The translations under genes were made by a program, and so were the position numbers. DNA of 64,000 nucleotides from an uncultured Bacteroidales bacterium (GTDB lineage: Bacteria > Bacteroidota > Bacteroidia > Bacteroidales > WCHB1-69), in contig ONCM01000011.1 of NCBI GenBank assembly GCA_900316305.1, positions 1,863-65,862 on the forward strand. The letters are read 5' to 3'. The notes under the pieces are model-generated. The model was not told the origin of the DNA. It was given only the letters and a program-made list of their open reading frames with translations, and did not search any database. The stretch's first letter is position 1. The number at the start of each line of letters is the position of its first letter. Below, piece by piece: positions 62,750 through 64,000 of the stretch.

Positions 62750-62990
62750 ATGTAGAATGAAGAATGTAGAATGGCGGCGGGATACCCTTCCCCGTTAGGG
62801 GATGCATATCTGTAGCCCGGAACGGTTGCGCACGCGGGCCAAATCCCCGTGAGGGGATTCATGGATCTCCGCGGATCGCGCGAATCGCACGGATTTCCGA
62901 GAAGAGAATCTGCGGGGATATGCGCGGTCTGCGGGCGATATGTGAGGTGGCGGTTCATCGGTGGTTTTTGACGGAGCGAAGATACGAAAA
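62750..62990 (-). repeat. GC-rich leader of cassette 6
   Basis: TATCTTCG box, ATGAACCGCCACC, CGGAAATCCGTGCGATTCGCGCGATCCGCGGAG, hairpins AATCCCCTCACGGGGATT (62842-59) and TCCCCTAACGGGGA (62789-802), and TTCTACA/TTCTTCA heptamers. Confidence 0.8.
62977..62984 (-). promoter_or_regulatory. Variant -7-like box TATCTTCG at the 5' end of the cassette-6 leader
   Basis: 18 nt upstream of the leader ATG at 62958 and 7 nt after the stop of the YwqK-like gene. Confidence 0.35.
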
Positions 62991-63863
62991 TCACGAATCG
63001 GTTTTGGTACATTTCGTACCTCTGGCCTGTTTCATTCTCCATTTTCTTATGAAGCTATATGTACTCCAACCAAGAGCTTTCCGTTCGCCACGTTTCTGGT
63101 TTTTGAAAATCCGCCCCTTGGTGTCATAATAGACGGCGTTTGTCAGTTTGCCCGCCTGATAATAACGGATGCATTGGAGACCGTTGTAATGCTTTTTCGT
63201 ATAGAAGTCATATATAGTGTCTTTTACGCCATTTGTATATTTCGTTGTTGTCTCTAACATCCTTCGATGGTTGTAGAAGTTCTCTTTGTACAAGGTATTG
63301 TTTTTGTAGTATTGGACCAAACTGTCGGCCCAACAATAGGCGGAGTCTATTAGGGTGTCGTATTTCGCATAATACTTCCAAATGGGCTGGTTAAAGCCCA
63401 CGTAGGAAGTGTCATACTCGATTTTGTCCGAGAGATACCGGTCCGGATAGTTCAGATCCTCATCGCCATTCACGTAGAGGAGTCGTGTTAACAGTTCTCC
63501 ACCTGCGGAATAGCTTCTGACAACCCCGTCCGCAACACCTTGTTTGTAAGAGACCTCTCCACGCAACCGGCCGTCAGGCCAGTACTCTTTTGAAACGCCA
63601 TCTTCCAAACCTTCTTTGTAGCTGATGGTTTGAATGAGTTTACCCGTCTTGAAGTTGTAGCTGGTGTCTGATAGCTTATGCCCCATCTCATACACCGTCT
63701 TTTTCACCAGAACAGTATCGTTATCAACCTTCATGGAGATTACGAACCAGTTCCCGTGCGGCAATCCGCCCACAAGTTGGTTGTGCGCGTCATACAGACC
63801 GGTCACAGTTTGCCCAAACAACAAGGTTGGAAAGACCCCCAAAAGCAACAATAGTTTCTTCAT
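62991..63863 (-). CDS. YwqK-like (MORN-variant repeat) immunity/antitoxin family protein, exported
   Basis: Signal peptide MKKLLLLLGVFPTLLFGQ. Repeats of the G..DG....Y...G.L type (EGLEDGVSKEYWPDGRLRGEVSYKQGVADGVVRSYSAGGEL). Confidence 0.55.
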   Translation of the reverse strand: MKKLLLLLGVFPTLLFGQTVTGLYDAHNQLVGGLPHGNWFVISMKVDNDTVLVKKTVYEMGHKLSDTSYNFKTGKLIQTISYKEGLEDGVSKEYWPDGRLRGEVSYKQGVADGVVRSYSAGGELLTRLLYVNGDEDLNYPDRYLSDKIEYDTSYVGFNQPIWKYYAKYDTLIDSAYCWADSLVQYYKNNTLYKENFYNHRRMLETTTKYTNGVKDTIYDFYTKKHYNGLQCIRYYQAGKLTNAVYYDTKGRIFKNQKRGERKALGWSTYSFIRKWRMKQARGTKCTKTDS

Positions 63864-63889
63864 ATTCTGTCTGCTTTTCTCCAATCGAT

Positions 63890-64000
63890 TCATCTCTTGC
63901 GAACAATTTTTTTGCGAGAACGACAATTAGAAATCCTCAACTCAGGTCTTATAACCAATCTTCTTGATCGCATTGTTACAGAAAAACTCCAATTATCTTG
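63890..64000 (-). CDS. Possible 3' end of a further toxin ORF (cassette 7) running off the window
   Basis: The open frame from the window edge reads QDNWSFSVTMRSRRLVIRPELRISNCRSRKKIVRKR* and stops 27 nt upstream of the YwqK-like gene's ATG. The position is analogous to the other toxin ends. Confidence 0.3.
   Translation of the reverse strand, partial: QDNWSFSVTMRSRRLVIRPELRISNCRSRKKIVRKR

Noticed and set aside
1-64000. Search for tRNA, rRNA, tmRNA and riboswitch signatures
   Set aside because: No T-arm consensus (GGTTCGAATCC-like), rRNA-like stretch or familiar riboswitch core was recognised by eye. Absence cannot be proven without covariance-model scans.

Overview
This 64-kb chromosomal segment looks like a Bacteroidales (Prevotellaceae-like) genome. 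Supporting signs are TAnnTTTG -7 promoter boxes about 15-45 nt upstream of most start codons, no Shine-Dalgarno sequences, T9SS C-terminal sorting domains, a gingipain-type C25 peptidase and MKK-type signal or lipoprotein leaders. Bases 1-43.7 kb and 49.2-52.6 kb are mostly housekeeping genes: porins, NUDIX, YfcC, a ROK kinase, a class-V aminotransferase, prmC, fumC, tgt, an ECF sigma factor, a self-contained rplC-rplD-rplW-rplB-rpsS block, RNase H1, an OadA-like carboxyltransferase, nspC, cysS and an acyl-CoA ligase. Three accessory patches stand out. (i) 23.6-25.3 kb is an AT-rich islet with an Abi_2 abortive-infection gene, bounded by 45-bp imperfect direct repeats. (ii) 43.9-49.1 kb holds three tandem paralogues of a Cys-rich/TM/TonB_C-like protein, a PRTase-domain gene, a HicB gene with a HicA remnant, and a sialidase remnant. 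(iii) 52.7-64 kb is a one-directional array of at least seven Rhs-tip toxin plus immunity cassettes, separated by mosaic GC-rich hairpin-dense leaders that often carry their own promoter box and ATG. I rank (iii) as the best candidate for an unusual system; it resembles, but may not be identical to, recombinase-associated orphan immunity arrays reported in Bacteroidales. Separately, almost every intergenic or intercistronic gap carries modular 7-nt or 10-nt tandem arrays, and these often contain the neighbouring start or stop codon. No rRNA, tRNA or CRISPR was seen. All protein calls rest on motif recognition by eye, with no database search.
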